IMG/VR virus record: IMGVR_UViG_2651870089_000025
Span: 1 to 64,000 of that record
Strand: one strand, 5' to 3'
Origin: a virus
Lineage: Duplodnaviria; Caudoviricetes
DNA: 64,000 nucleotides
Shown here: one piece after another, positions 37,901 through 49,900 of the stretch
Layout: every line of letters starts with the position of its first letter
Numbering within the stretch: the first letter of the stretch is position 1
Notes under the pieces: generated by a model
What the model saw: only the letters and a program-made list of their open reading frames with translations
What the model was told of the DNA's origin: nothing
Databases searched by the model: none
Position numbers and translations under genes: made by a program

Positions 37901-37981
37901 GAATTGTTTTTGAGTGTAGCAACTGTTGCTGATGTTGAAGTAGTAAAAGGCTTTACAGAGCAAAACTTAAAGATTAGATAA
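31991..37981 (+). CDS. gp6: Baseplate wedge protein gp6-like, with a large repeat insertion
   Basis: Motifs DFDTIK, ELLAY, ENFLDTAE..SV, LNYKP, IRFADG.FG.IP and QDRMITGEDY. The middle ~840 aa are GxGY and HNL repeats. Confidence 0.88.
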   Translation: MAQAQRQSNLFAAEDWRTIYRTFSEINFTAYDFDTIKSAMVEYMQNNFPEDFNDYIESSEFIAIVELLAYMGQTIAFRQDLNVRENFLDTAERKESVLRLAEMLNYKPKRNIPSTGLIKVYALRTTESVLDSTGQELANRNIIWNDANNTEYLEQFILILNRALLSRNPYGTPVKKGTLNGIITELYQLNSRPNTNVVYNVSSTVNSVSAPFEVVNATFEDEQYVTEIEPNPTSSFGLLYLNDGLGNSSESTGFFTYIKQGSLEFKDFNIAVPLANRAINVPVTNINEFDVWVQTIDSTGEVLASWTKVPSVSGTNVIYNSVIQGTRNIFSVETQADDTINIRFADGNFGDIPYGIIRVWYRTSLNQQITVRPEDVQVQSIRIPYTDTEGLPQTLTVTLELLTSMANSLPAETVTEIKTNAAQTYYTQDRMITGEDYNIYPIFKNPNILKLKSVNRTHSGHNRGVDINDPTGTIQNLNVFAEDGMLYRDLQDTQVTFNLTASMTANTIIQRYIQTQLSVDELTNFYYDTYRKEVQRLEGAIAWKLTNTEQLQWVCLPNSKESNTGYFVEKDKSFLTTNSVTIGSSLSTGKRRYLTEQSLIEFTNQAGNDIQYATIENIISNGDPAGLTTGPVELNKEIPQGFILTRFFPTLRRLFNQTEKVAITAQLDLKNTFGIGYDYTTLEYYVIAPNNLDNVTLTYNRTFARDVTGDNKDASWIIKVEYFPATSSTSASYTITTRGLRYIFESEQDVRFYFNNEYKTIDINTGFAKKDLLSLLKVNVDRRAQIESVTITNPGSGYSFAPSVTFSAAGEVDEAQATAYLSWNTVTGGIGGSGYLPTDTSLTYLDSTVVDGNGNQTEISINNEGVLAPWGRSLQLKANLSSNASATILMANDAVGSITLTNGGANYTSPPTVTISAPAGVGGVQATASAIIAQELTGWNFTATNYQGGGYQNVPNVYIDPPGYTGSTWTVNHNLNQKYVNFEIVDENHRVINTVYNPPTVTFVDANTLTVNWGGVVTPGYINIIKSRYGFGTLIPSSNIWEITHNLTGTDGIVNIDIINAFDDESMQAKTEFPLIEYTTESTCRVIFPSGVALSGYVVAHNSAGNAGATGSGYVHEQLSPATTWTISHNLGMKHCSVDIAVLGTHVDGADFSESIDPTLYYNIRGSYSYPTITFVDENTLTVTFATATPGKAVITYGDYHGSQQQSVGIAHMEVGDDATNPSGCPPVTINSGGSGFVAGDVGKIYTVVGGTGTSATVTIATVDTVGGTCTGVTLTDRGDYTALPTVIGCATSGEAGSVGVGLTLDLNFRVKTVELTVSGDGYQSTPNVIIDPPIGTCGTGTQAEGEPTLDGEVASINVDDPGSGYTGAPVITISGGGGVGATATATLSNSVVGATILSSGSGYRPTGEILTVGTFGAADASRASGIYGGVSGTSTGAGLNALFTITVDASGAVTAVTIPSGGFGYEVGDIITISDAVLGAGGAPDFTMLVASVYELSVTFPAPSSPGAITPVTATGTAVVNASGNVTGISITQGGTGYSSPADDSQAITIPPSGVIESIEITDTGYGYTSPPFITYPTTAGGTGASQAGVFGFVSRVQMNDFGSGYTINDAVTFTTPPAPGTQAQGTLLVQTTKPYTDNINFNMSSLLTYEDGYRDPKKVLVTFADSDNDLIPDDPLSFDKFVTGNKHIFQETYVDFDGYVYYRLTRNVLEAASQADEDLILADGATFAGKYIYRTDTTQFKKISVSAPYTATVLVNDTDGTTKFKAYIGRSTHITPTVTSTEVIEHQPDDVFFQWKHYAPVDQRVDPSATNLVDLFVLTRTYYTEVLSWKANNRSVDVFPAPPTTAELGVSMDLLSTYKSISDEIVYKPVKFKLLFGSAAGTELQAKFKVIKVVGSTMSDNELQSSVIEKVNEFFDITNWDLGESFYYTELSAYIHQNLPSHLSSIVIVPKQAESNFGNLFQVKAEPDELFLSVATVADVEVVKGFTEQNLKIR

Positions 37982-37982
37982 C

Positions 37983-40900
37983 ATGGCAAAAGAAAGAGTA
38001 TTTAAGAAATTACCTGCGATACATCAGACTGATGTGCTGGATAAATTTTTTAAGCATACAATTGATCAATGGTTTGCTGAGGAAAAGTTAGTACGATCAA
38101 AAGGGTTTGTTGGCAGAAAGGATCCTGCTATTTATAAACCAGAAGTTGACTATTATATTCCTGAAGTAGATTTTGTTAGAGAAAACTACCAACTTGAGCC
38201 TGCTTTGATTACAAGAGATGTTAATACTGCATCTATTACTAACGCATTATTTTACGATGATGTACTTAGATTACTGTCAGTAGAAGGCAGTAATATTTCT
38301 AATCCAAATCGACTACTTAAATCAAAGGCCTATTCATGGTCCCCACCAATTGATGTAGATAAATTTATTAACTACGAAAATTACTACTGGTACGATGACG
38401 GCCCGGTACGATTGGATGTTACTGCACCATTGTCCGCACCTCTTGATATTACAACAGACATAATAGGGAAAGCAACATTTACTTCATCCAACGGTGTTAA
38501 GTTTTCTAGTGGCACGAAAGTTAGATTTACAGGGTCAAACATCACTCCAAGTAGTTATTTGAATAAAGACTTTATCGTTGAAGGGGTCGGCAAAAGTATT
38601 CAATTAATTGATGTAGATAGCGATGACTTTAATTCTGTTCTTCCATATACGATTTCAGACGATGCTGAGGTATATGAAAAAACAGATTACATTACAATAA
38701 AACGTGGCGCCACAAATCAAAACCCGTGGAGCCGCACAAACAGATGGTTCCATAAAGATGTTTTATTACAAGTTACTGGCAGATCTACTGGCGAAACTTA
38801 TACAACAGAGACGTTGCATCCGTGGGACGATGCATCTGAACCATATGATAGTAAAAAATGGGATGCAACGATTGCAATCAACAGCGAAGTATTTTCTTTA
38901 GACAGTTTAAGACAAGCAAAACGTCCTATTATCGAATTTGATAGCGAGTTAGAGTTATACAGATACGGGTTAGAGGGGTTAGGAAGTGTTACGGTAGTTA
39001 GTGTCGAAGAGTACGGCACAATACAAGGAGCAACAAATCCAGTAGTAGATATGCATACTCTTCAAACAGGAGATACGCTTATTTTCTTAAATGACGCCTT
39101 GCTAAATTTCAATTTATGGGATGCTGATAGCTTTGACCCGGGTTCGCATCCGTCAGGAACACAATCACCACCTGGACCTTATGCAGATATGCCAAGCGGT
39201 ACATCTGGGGACTGGGACGTGACTTTAGGCACTGGTGCTGTATCTTACGGTATAATTTATACAGCGTCAATTGACTCAGTTACTGGAGTATGTACACTAA
39301 CAGCAACAACAAATGTAGTAGAGTTACAGAAGGTATTTGCTACAGATGGGTTATACTACTCCGGTAGAGAGTTTTACTGGGATGGAAATAGATGGCAATT
39401 ATCACAGGTTAAAGATAAACACAACGATGAGCCGTTGTTTCAGTTGTATGATCGCGACGGTACACAATTAGATCAGTTTGTTGATACATTTTCTGGTAGT
39501 AAAGTTTTTAGTTATAAAGAGTATACCGGAACAAACGATCTTTATATTGGTAAACCTTTGCAGTATAAAGAATTTGGTCAGCAAGCAGATATAGTTTTTA
39601 CTAACAACTTGGAAAGTATTGACGGCTTTGGCGGTTACGGGTATTTAAATCATTACGCATTGTCTGGTAGTGCATCTTTACCTGCTGATCGAATGTTGTC
39701 AGTGTTTTTAAACGGATGGAACGAAACAAACGAATACAGTAAACAAAAAGTAAAAGAAATGTTTGTGGCCTCTACAGACGGCGAGCAAGAATTTACGTTA
39801 AGTGTTATACCAGTTGTTGATAGCACTGGCTATTCACCAGAATTTGTTGTAACAGTTGATGGTAAATTAGCAAAGCAATCAACTCCAACACGAGCATATG
39901 ATTATAATATTGTTAGTAATATTTTAACATTTTCTACTAATAAAATAATAAAAAAGAATCAGATAATTGATGTTCGGATGGTAACAGATAATATAGTTAA
40001 TTTAAACGAGAAGCATTTCTACGAAATACCAGATAACTTAGAAGCCAACCCGGATAACTTGGATGTGACAGAAATTACCCCAAGTGAATTACAGGGACAC
40101 TTTGCTTCAATTATAGAGAATCAAGTTACCTTTGCTGGCAATCAAATAGGAACAAATAATTATCGAGATACTGCACAGGACAGAAGCAAAGGTAGAAGAA
40201 TATTACAGCACGAAAGTTCGTTGCTTCCCTTAATGACGTTATTGTCAAAACATGATGATTTTGATATTACTTCTACGATAAGATATGCTCAGAATGAATA
40301 CGAAACATTTAAAGGCAAGTTTTTACAGAGAGTACAGTTCTTTGCTACGCAAACGGATGCAGCTAATATAAGCAATTTTGTTGATCTTGTTTTGGAAGAC
40401 ATGTACAAGTACAAAAGTAGCTTGAGTGCTTTTAAAGAAACAAAACCTTTTGCGTATGGTATTAATTATACAGAAGAAACGTTCTATCCAGAGTTTAATG
40501 TAACATACTTAGATTTAGAGAAGAATTTAATTACCGATGACGATTTAAAGTATAGAAATAAAATAGTTCATGTTTATGTTACTACATATACCGAACGTCA
40601 AGATGGCGGCACTCTTAAACTATTGCTAAGAGATTGGCAATACAAAATTAATAATAGGCTTGATGAGTCAACAGGTAATGCAATAACTAGAATTGATTTC
40701 CAGGGTGAATACAGTACTATTGTAAGGAATTCCCACGTTGAAGTTAGAATTTTTGAGAATATACAAAATTCTTTTGTACCATTAACACCAAGCATGGCAG
40801 GAATGCATTCTGTATTCATGCCACAATTTGTAGTGGATGATACTTATAGTGGTGGAGACCAGAATGTATTAATAGGGCACGACGGTTCAAGAACAATTTT

Positions 40901-43900
40901 ATTTGGTGACATAAGAGACGATGCATTATTTGAGTTAGAGAAACGTATATACAATGCTATTCCGGCAACGTTTACAAGAGAATACCTTCCTGATATAAAT
41001 TATTATGACCTAGCACCGGGTAAGTTTAGATTTACAGATTATGGTAGTAAACTAGGTTATTCTAGATATGAGTTTATACAGTTACTCACCCCTATTTTAC
41101 AAAGATGGGCAACAGAGCACGGTGTAGACTTGTATACAAATCGTGCATACGATGAGAGTTTACCATTTACTTGGAACTATAGTAAGGAGACCGACAAGGA
41201 CGGTGATACCCTGCCTGGTAGTTGGCGAGGAATTTATTTACACTACTATGATACTATTCGCCCTCATACGCATCCTTGGGAAATGCTTGGATTTGGTATT
41301 AGACCTTATTGGTGGAAAACTACATACGGAACTGATTATAGCAGTAATAATACTGCGTTATGGAATGATCTAGAAGAAGGTATTATACGTAATGGAGAAA
41401 GAGAAAATTTAACTGACAGTAGTTATAAAAACTCTCCGTTCCGACGTAAAGGACTGAGTGCAGTTATACCCGTCGATCATACTGGCGCATTGCTAGATCC
41501 AGTACAAGCAGGTATTCTTACAACAGGCGTTATAGCATCAATGGATACATTTGGCGCGGCAGACGTTTTAAGAGTAGCAGGTACATATACCGGTGTAACT
41601 GGAACAACTGATGGCTTTGGTATTGTTGGTAAATTTAATATTACAGTAGATGGCTCTGGCGAAGTTACAAATGTTACAGTAGTCAGTGGTGGCTCAGGAC
41701 ACAGCATTAACGATACAATTACAATTGCTGATGGACACTTAGGCGCCGGCGGTGCCGCAGACTTTACAATGGATGTTGCTACTCTTACACCAGTGATTGT
41801 TAGTGGCGAGTATAGCAAACCAAATACTGTTGATCGAGGCTTAGATTGGGAAATAGGAGACTTTGGTCCGGCAGAATTTAGTTTATTAACAAATTCAGTT
41901 TGGCCGTTTATTATTAACAAACTTCTTTATCTAGCAGAACCGGTTGAGTATGTTACTAAAGGCTGGGATTCGCTTGAGGGAGAATACGCTATTGCTAACA
42001 AAGCACAATATATCTTTAAAGACACAGGTAAGCGCAAACAACTAAAAGATTTTAATTTTTATTCAGGTACTAATGTCGTTTATGGTTACCAAACTTGGAT
42101 ATATGCATATCTATTAAATCAAGGCAAGACGTATGCAAATGTAATTTCTAATATATTTCAAACATCTGGTGTAGCACTAGGGTACAAAGTTGGCGGTTAT
42201 GTTGACAAAGATTTTACTGCTATTGCAGATAGTTATAGTACAACTCGTACAACTAACAGCATTTTTATACCAGACGAAAATAAAACAGTTATATTGTATA
42301 AAGGACAGAGCGAAGGTTTAAGGAGATATAGCGGAGTTAAAATTACTCTCACCGAAACTGGTTATTCTGTTTCTGGTTATGATCAATATAACTCGTCTTT
42401 TAGAATCATACCAAGTATTAAAGATCATGATGCTACTATCATCCAAGTAGGCAATCTGCGAGTGTCAAAGTATAATAATTCTTATAATGTAGTCGCAGAA
42501 ATACCATACAATGCAGAGTTTAGCAATCAGAAAGATGTAGTTGACTTTTTGATTAGTTATCAGCGATATTTAGAATCTGTTGGGTTCGTGTTTGACGATT
42601 ACGATCCTGATGTTCTCGATACTTACAATTTTGAATATGCAGCTAAGGAGTTTTTATATTGGGCACAATTGTCAACTTGGGAAATTGGAACATATATAAC
42701 ATTAAGCCCAGTAGCAAGAAGCATTAAACTCGATACTGAGAAACTAGGACAAATAGATAGTCTCAGCGAGATTATCAATTCAACGTATAGTGTAGTTGAC
42801 AAGGACGGGTCTGCATTGTACAGTCGTGATATAACAATAGATAGACAGAACGATTATATTACTGTAAAGGCGTTAGATAGCACCAAAGGAATATTTGGAT
42901 TGAAATTGAATCCTTATAGAACTGAACATGCTATTTTATTTGATAACAAGACAGATTTTAATGATTTAATTTACGATCCGTTGCTCCGTTTGAGACAAGA
43001 TCGTTTAAAATTGAATCTTTCCAAGACAGTTAACTGGAACGGACATTACGAAGCACCAGGATACATTATTCAAAACGACACAATTATTCCAAACTTTGAG
43101 ACAACTGCTAACGATTATCGTAAATTTTTTAATGCATATGATACACCGTTAACAAATTCGTTATTGGACAGCTCGAGACATTTGTTTGGCTATCAGCACA
43201 GAGAATATTTAGATAACATTACTGAAGATGAGAATATTAGTTTTCAGTTTTTTAAAGGAATGTTGCGACAAAAGGGTAACGTGGATAGTATTAATAAACT
43301 ACTTCGTAGCCGAACTTTGTCTAATAGCAATATGTCAATTTACGAAGAATGGGCATTTAAGATAGGCGAGTTTGGTTCTACTGCTACTAGCACACAAAAC
43401 GAAATACAAATAAAAGCATCTGACGTTAGAGTGCAAAATCCGCTAATTGAGTTTACATTTGAAAACGATAATATAGATAGCTTATACGACGACTTAATAC
43501 AAGTTAATTACACTAACGATCTTAGATGGATAGAAAAGCCAGAGCTTCCTAAACCGGGAGTTTGGCCAAAGTTACCAATTGGTTATAGAGACAGTAGTTG
43601 GCTTCCGACTGCCGGGTACGTGCACAATAATGATGTTGATACAAGAGCATTCGATGTTAACATCTTGGCAAGTTTAAATACATCACTAGAAGCAGACGTT
43701 GAACCAACTATTGGCAATTTGGCTCACATAGCAAAAACATATAATGATGAGTTTGCTATATTTAAATTAGTTGAGACAGATTTAACAGTTAAAAATATTG
43801 AATTACTGGGTACAGGAAAGACGCGCGTCAGTGTTATCGGGGAAGTTGTTCCGCAAATAGTAGGAAATACTAAAGACATAACACCCAAAGTTGGTGATAC

Positions 43901-46900
43901 TATTAGAATAACACTCGACGACATCGACGATGTCGTCGAGCTCGACGACATCGAATCTTATGAAATTGAGTTGTCATCGTTTGATTTTGAAGACGAATAT
44001 CCAGTAATGAATGTAACAGTTACAAATGCTGGACTAGTAAAACAAAATGATAGTATTTTTATAACAACAGCCGCAAGTTACGAAAATACAGTTGAAGTAG
44101 TATTTGATCAAATACCCGAAGGCCCAGTAACTATAATTGGGCAAGTGTATAATCCAACAATAACTTTAACCGGCGAAATTCAAATTGACAATGTTACGCT
44201 AACTGTTACCAAAGGCGATACGTTATTTCATTCTGCACCAACTGCGCCATATACCGGAGGTATTATTGGTAACATTACACAAAATGTTCCAAACGTAAGT
44301 GCGTATAGTAATAACGGCTATTTACAAATTACAACAACAAATAAGTCCATATCAATTGACTCGCAGGTGAACTTGTTTGATAGTGACGTGGGTATTGTAA
44401 GCGATACATACTATAATGAATTAACATTAGATGAAATTTATAACGGATTTATTGAAGCCAAGGTACCAGATTTATTCATTACAAAAGATGAAACAAGAAA
44501 AGAATTACAATTAACAGGGCAATATGCAAACAAAATACAAGTAAAGAAAGGTGTAGGCGGAGCATTTAGTGCGCTATTCTTTACAGACACATCTAATAAC
44601 GAAGTATCTAAAATTGATAATCGTATTGTAACGATGGAAAATGTTTTAAAGGATATAAATGCTATAGTAGCAAATGAGGATTTTCTTGCTACAACCGATA
44701 TCAATGGTAATTTAAAACTTGAGTACAACGGTTCTAAGTTGTCTGTTTCCGGCGAGGGTTTATCCACGTTGGGACTTATTGCACAAACTAGCACATTACA
44801 AGTAGACTCAGTTATTTCTCATCCTTTTTATAAAGATAGTGTTATTGTTTTGAGTAATGTTTTAACAGAAGACAAGAAAAGCACAGGTTTAGCAGGCGGA
44901 TATGTTGTTGAAGAAGAAGTACTTTATATTAATAAAGAAGTTAATATTACCGCTGGCGTTGTTACTATAAAAGACTTAGATACAGATGAAATAGAAACTT
45001 TAGTAAATGTTAATAAAATACCACTATACGATATAGTTGGCGCCGACCGTGATTATATAAAAGAAATAGAAATTGATATTCAGTTTCCTATGTTGCCAAA
45101 TAGAATTTTAGTCGGCGATACCGATAACCTAAGTAGAATATCAACCGGTATGTCCGGCGAAGTACAAACAGTTTTATTCGGCAAAATAGGACCGTATACA
45201 GGATTAGTAGGAAACAATGGCAATGTTGTTGTTTCAACCGAAGGTGGTTCAACATTTACCACTGGAAAATTTACTGTGTCCATAACAGTAGAAAAGCGTG
45301 GAGTATTTGTAATCGATGAATTCTTCAATGGCGAAGGTAATAATACTTCATCTAATAAGATAAAACTGTGGCATCCTAGACGGTTTAAAACAAAAGAAGA
45401 TGCATTTAGCGACACTAAAACTAATAAAAGTTTTTATTCGTTGCAAGATTTAGTATGGGTTGATAATGAACCAAATGGTTGGTTAGTAAGTAAGTTAATT
45501 GATACAGACACACATTATGGTTTATCTGGTGTTAGTTTAGCACAAGGCGGTAGAGGTTATACACCTGCTGATATTGGTAAACATTTTACGTTTGAAACGC
45601 TAATCGAAGGAACAAAAGTTCAGCCGGTTTGTAAAATTGATGATATATTATATGGCGTTGGTAGTATTACTGTTACGGCCGGCGGGTTAGGATATACAAG
45701 TCCTCCGGCGGTGGCTTTTTCTGGAGGAGACGAGCAAGAACCAGCATTTGCTAGAGCATATTTAGATTCGGTACTTTCTAGTATTACTATTACTGACCCT
45801 GGCGCTGGCTATCAGTACTTACCGGGTGTTGAGTTATACGAATCTCCACTATACGAAGGAAAAATATGGTACGTAGAGCACAACTTAAATCAGAAATACG
45901 TTAATTTAGAGTTATTTGATGATAATCATATAGCAGTTGGTCCAGAGTACGTTTCGCCAGTAATTACATATGTTGATGAAAATAATTTAACAGTTGATTG
46001 GAATGGCGTAATAACTAGAGGTTATATTGATGTTATTAGATCCGAATACGTAAGCCCGTTAAATGCATCGTCTCGTTTCTGGTCAATAGCTCATAATTTA
46101 GGACAGCAGTTAGTTAATGTTGATATTATATATGATAACGACATAGGAGCAGCCGGACATTTTGATCATCCTCTAATTGAGTATTCGGATACAAATACTC
46201 TTACAGTAGTTTTCCCAAAAGGCATAGAAAAGTCAGGGTATGTTGCTGTAACTTATAGTGATAATTATGCACCAGGGGCTGCATCTGGACCAGGCTACAC
46301 GCACGATCAAAGTTCTGCTTCGCAGACGTGGTCTGTAACACACAATTTAGGTAAGAGACACGTTAATGTGGATGTGGCTCTTCCTGGAAGTAGTGTAGAT
46401 TTAACCGACTTAGGTAACTGGGCAACAGTATCACATAACTTAAATTCACAGTATGTTAATATAGCATTAGTTGATGCTGATGACAATGCAGTTGGCACTA
46501 TATACGATCAGGTTGTTGTTACGTATTTTAGCACCACTGCATTCAGGTTAGAACGAGGGTCTACTGTTATTGATAAAGCAGTTGTTGTTAAACCTCGATT
46601 TGTTAGTACTGTACAGCCAACAGCAAATACATGGACAATTACGCATGGTTTAAATGAAGATATTGTTAACGTTGAAATCATCTACACAGATAATACATCC
46701 GCTATTGGAAAATATGACTATCCGTTGATCGAATATACAGACGCAAATACTATTAAAGTTTTATTTCCGCCTGGTGTTGCTAGAGCCGGCTATGTTGCAG
46801 TAGCGCATAACAACGATAATAATATCGCATCGGGCTCTGGATATGAACACACACAAAGTTCTGCTTCGTCGACATGGACTATTAATCATAATTTAGGACA

Positions 46901-49900
46901 AAAATATGTTGTTGTTGATGTAGCAATGTTAGGTAGTGACATCGATTGGACCGGCTACAGTACACAATTTGTTATATTGCATAGTCTAGCGCAAAAATAT
47001 ATTAATGTTGAATTTGTTGGCAGCAATGATAATGTTATACATAACACATATAATGAGGCAATTCTTTCACACACTGATAGCAATAACATAACACTTACAT
47101 ATAATAATTCGGCTGACGTAAATAAAATTGTAGCAGTACCATCAAACTATACAAGTGCGTTGCAAGGAACTGCAAATATTTGGACAATTACCCACGGACT
47201 AGGAGTAGATTTTGCAAATGTGGACGTTATTTACAGCGACGATACATCTGCAAAATCTTTATTAGATCAGCCATTGATTGAATATACAGATTCAAACAAT
47301 ATTAGAGTAATATTCCCAACTGGTATAACAAAATCAGGGTATGTAGCAATTAATAGTGCTGGCGCGTATCAGCATACACAAGCATCTGCAACAACCACAT
47401 GGACGGTTACACACAATCTAGGTAGTCAGTATGTAAATGTTGATATTGCAGTATTAGGCGCTAGTATACAAGACAGCGATGTTAGCGCATCAATTAATGA
47501 CACTTTGTATTATAATATTAGCGGGATGTATGATTACCCAGAGATTATTTTTGTTGATGCAAATACATTAACTGTTACTTTTGCTACAGCAATTGCAGGT
47601 AAAGCAGTTATTTCTACTGGTACAGTAATTAATGGTGCTAGTGGACTGTATTATAATACTAGAGGATTATACGATAATCCTGAAATAAAGTATATTGATA
47701 ACAATAACTTAACTCTTACTTTTCCTGGATCTATAGCAGGTAAAGCAGTTGTTTCTGCTGGCGCTGTGTTTAATACTGATGTAGGAAGTAGGTATTATAA
47801 TATTAAAGGAAACTATGATTTCCCAACAATTGTACATACATCGAGTAATACGTTGTTTGCTAAATTCCTAATGCCACAAGAAGGCAAGTTAATGGTTTCT
47901 GCTGGTAAAGGTATATTAGATGATGATGCTGTAGTAACAGCACACATGGAGGTTGGCGACGACGGCGGTTGTCTAGGCATGACAATTAATACAGCCGGTA
48001 CCGGTTATCAGATTGGAGATACTATTATAGTAACCGGTGGTGTTGGAACACCTGCAACGGGAACTATTACTTCGGCAACAATAGGCGAAGTTGATACTAT
48101 AACTATAAGTGACCCCGGCTCGGGATACTTGACTGCGCCTAACGTTACAATTGACCCACCAACAAGCGGCACAACAGCAACCGCTACAGTAACAATTGAC
48201 GGTACAGCCGGAGAAATTATTACAGTTGATACTTTTAGTGCCGCAGATCCGTTACGAGCAACAGGGACATACACGGGCGTAACAGGTACAACATCGGGCT
48301 CGGGCACACTAGGTACGTTTGATATTACAGTTGACGGTACTGGCGCAGTTACAAGTGTTACTGTAGTAGATGGCGGTAATAGCAATGCAGTAAATGACAC
48401 AATTACAATTGCTGATGCAGATTTAGGCGCCGGGGGCGCCGCAGACTTTACAATGGATGTTGCTACAGTTTATGCTGGTTCTCTGGCTACCATTACACTT
48501 ACAGATGGCGGTGATGGTTATACAGCTGCACCAACCGTTACTATAGATTCTCCGCCAGCGGGCGTTACTGCATTAGCAACAGCTACAGTAACCTCAATTG
48601 GTATACCTACTGCAATATCTGTATTAAACGGGGGCGATTACACAGAATTACCTAATCATACAAATGTAGCAACAACAGCATCTCCTTCTGGAGGGAGATC
48701 CGGATTAACATTAGACTTGCTGTTTAAAGTTAAGTCTATATCTATTGAAACAACAGAGTCATTCCAATCACCGCCCGATATAAAAATTGCCGCCCCAATA
48801 AATCCAGGCGGCGGGGGATGTACACCTAGACAAGCTACTGCGGTTGCGGCAATATCAGGAACAATAGATAGAGTAGAAGTATTAGATAACGGTCAGTATT
48901 TGTCAACACCAATTATTAGTTTTGTTGGCGGTGGCGGTGCCGGCGCGGCCGCTACTGCTAATTTAGCAGGTCCGGTGTCGGCTATTTCGGTAGTTAATCC
49001 CGGGGACATAACTAAACTGCCCGACCCTGCTACTAATTTACCAACAATAGAAGTTGATAAAATTGTCGGAACGGACATGAAAGTAAATGCTACTTTTGAG
49101 GATATTACAAGTTTTGACACATGGTACGAAACAGTTAGAAGAGAAGAAGAACGAGTAAATACAAAACTTTTTGATGTTGCTTCTCTTTATGATATTGCGG
49201 AAGATATAATTGATACTAAACCGTTATTATTAGATTTTACAAAAGGACTTATTCCTGGACTGGCAAGCACTGAAATTTCTTACAGAGTTAATAATGATCC
49301 TGCTAGATACAATGTGTCTAGCAACGAAAATGCGTTAGTAAACGAAGATTTACTATGGGGCAGTAAGCAAGAAGGCGTGTTATGGTGGGATACATCAACC
49401 GTTAGGTTTTATGATGCTGAACAAGGCGATAATAGGTATCGTAGACGTTATTGGAATAAAATGTTCCCAGGATCAAGCATAGACGTTTACGAATGGGTTA
49501 AAAGTTCAGTAGCACCGTTAAGTTATAAAGGAAATGGGGTTGTAAGAAGCACAACTGAATATTGTCAAGTAGAAGAATGGAATTCATCAACTAACAAATT
49601 TGTAACATCATATTACTTTTGGGTAAAAGATAAATCTACTGTACCTGCTATTAGTAGTCGTTCTCGAAGTGCCGCTACTGTTGCGTCGTATCTTTCCGAT
49701 ACGTCCTTGTCGGAATGGTATGCTCCGGTTAGCAATCAGTATGAAATAGCTGTACCGATAGTTATTACAAGTTCTTCGACTACGCAAGAAATATCTGCAG
49801 AAGGTGTAAATCCGTTAGATATAACTAAAGTTTTAATTAACGGTAATACACAAGCATATGAGAATGGTATTGTTGATAGTGATGGGTTGATTAAAACAAT

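Noticed and set aside
41525-48475. Duplicated modules as a DGR template/variable repeat pair
   Set aside because: Differences are not adenine-specific (for example GGCGGT vs GGGGGC), both copies are in-frame coding, and there is no reverse transcriptase in the window.
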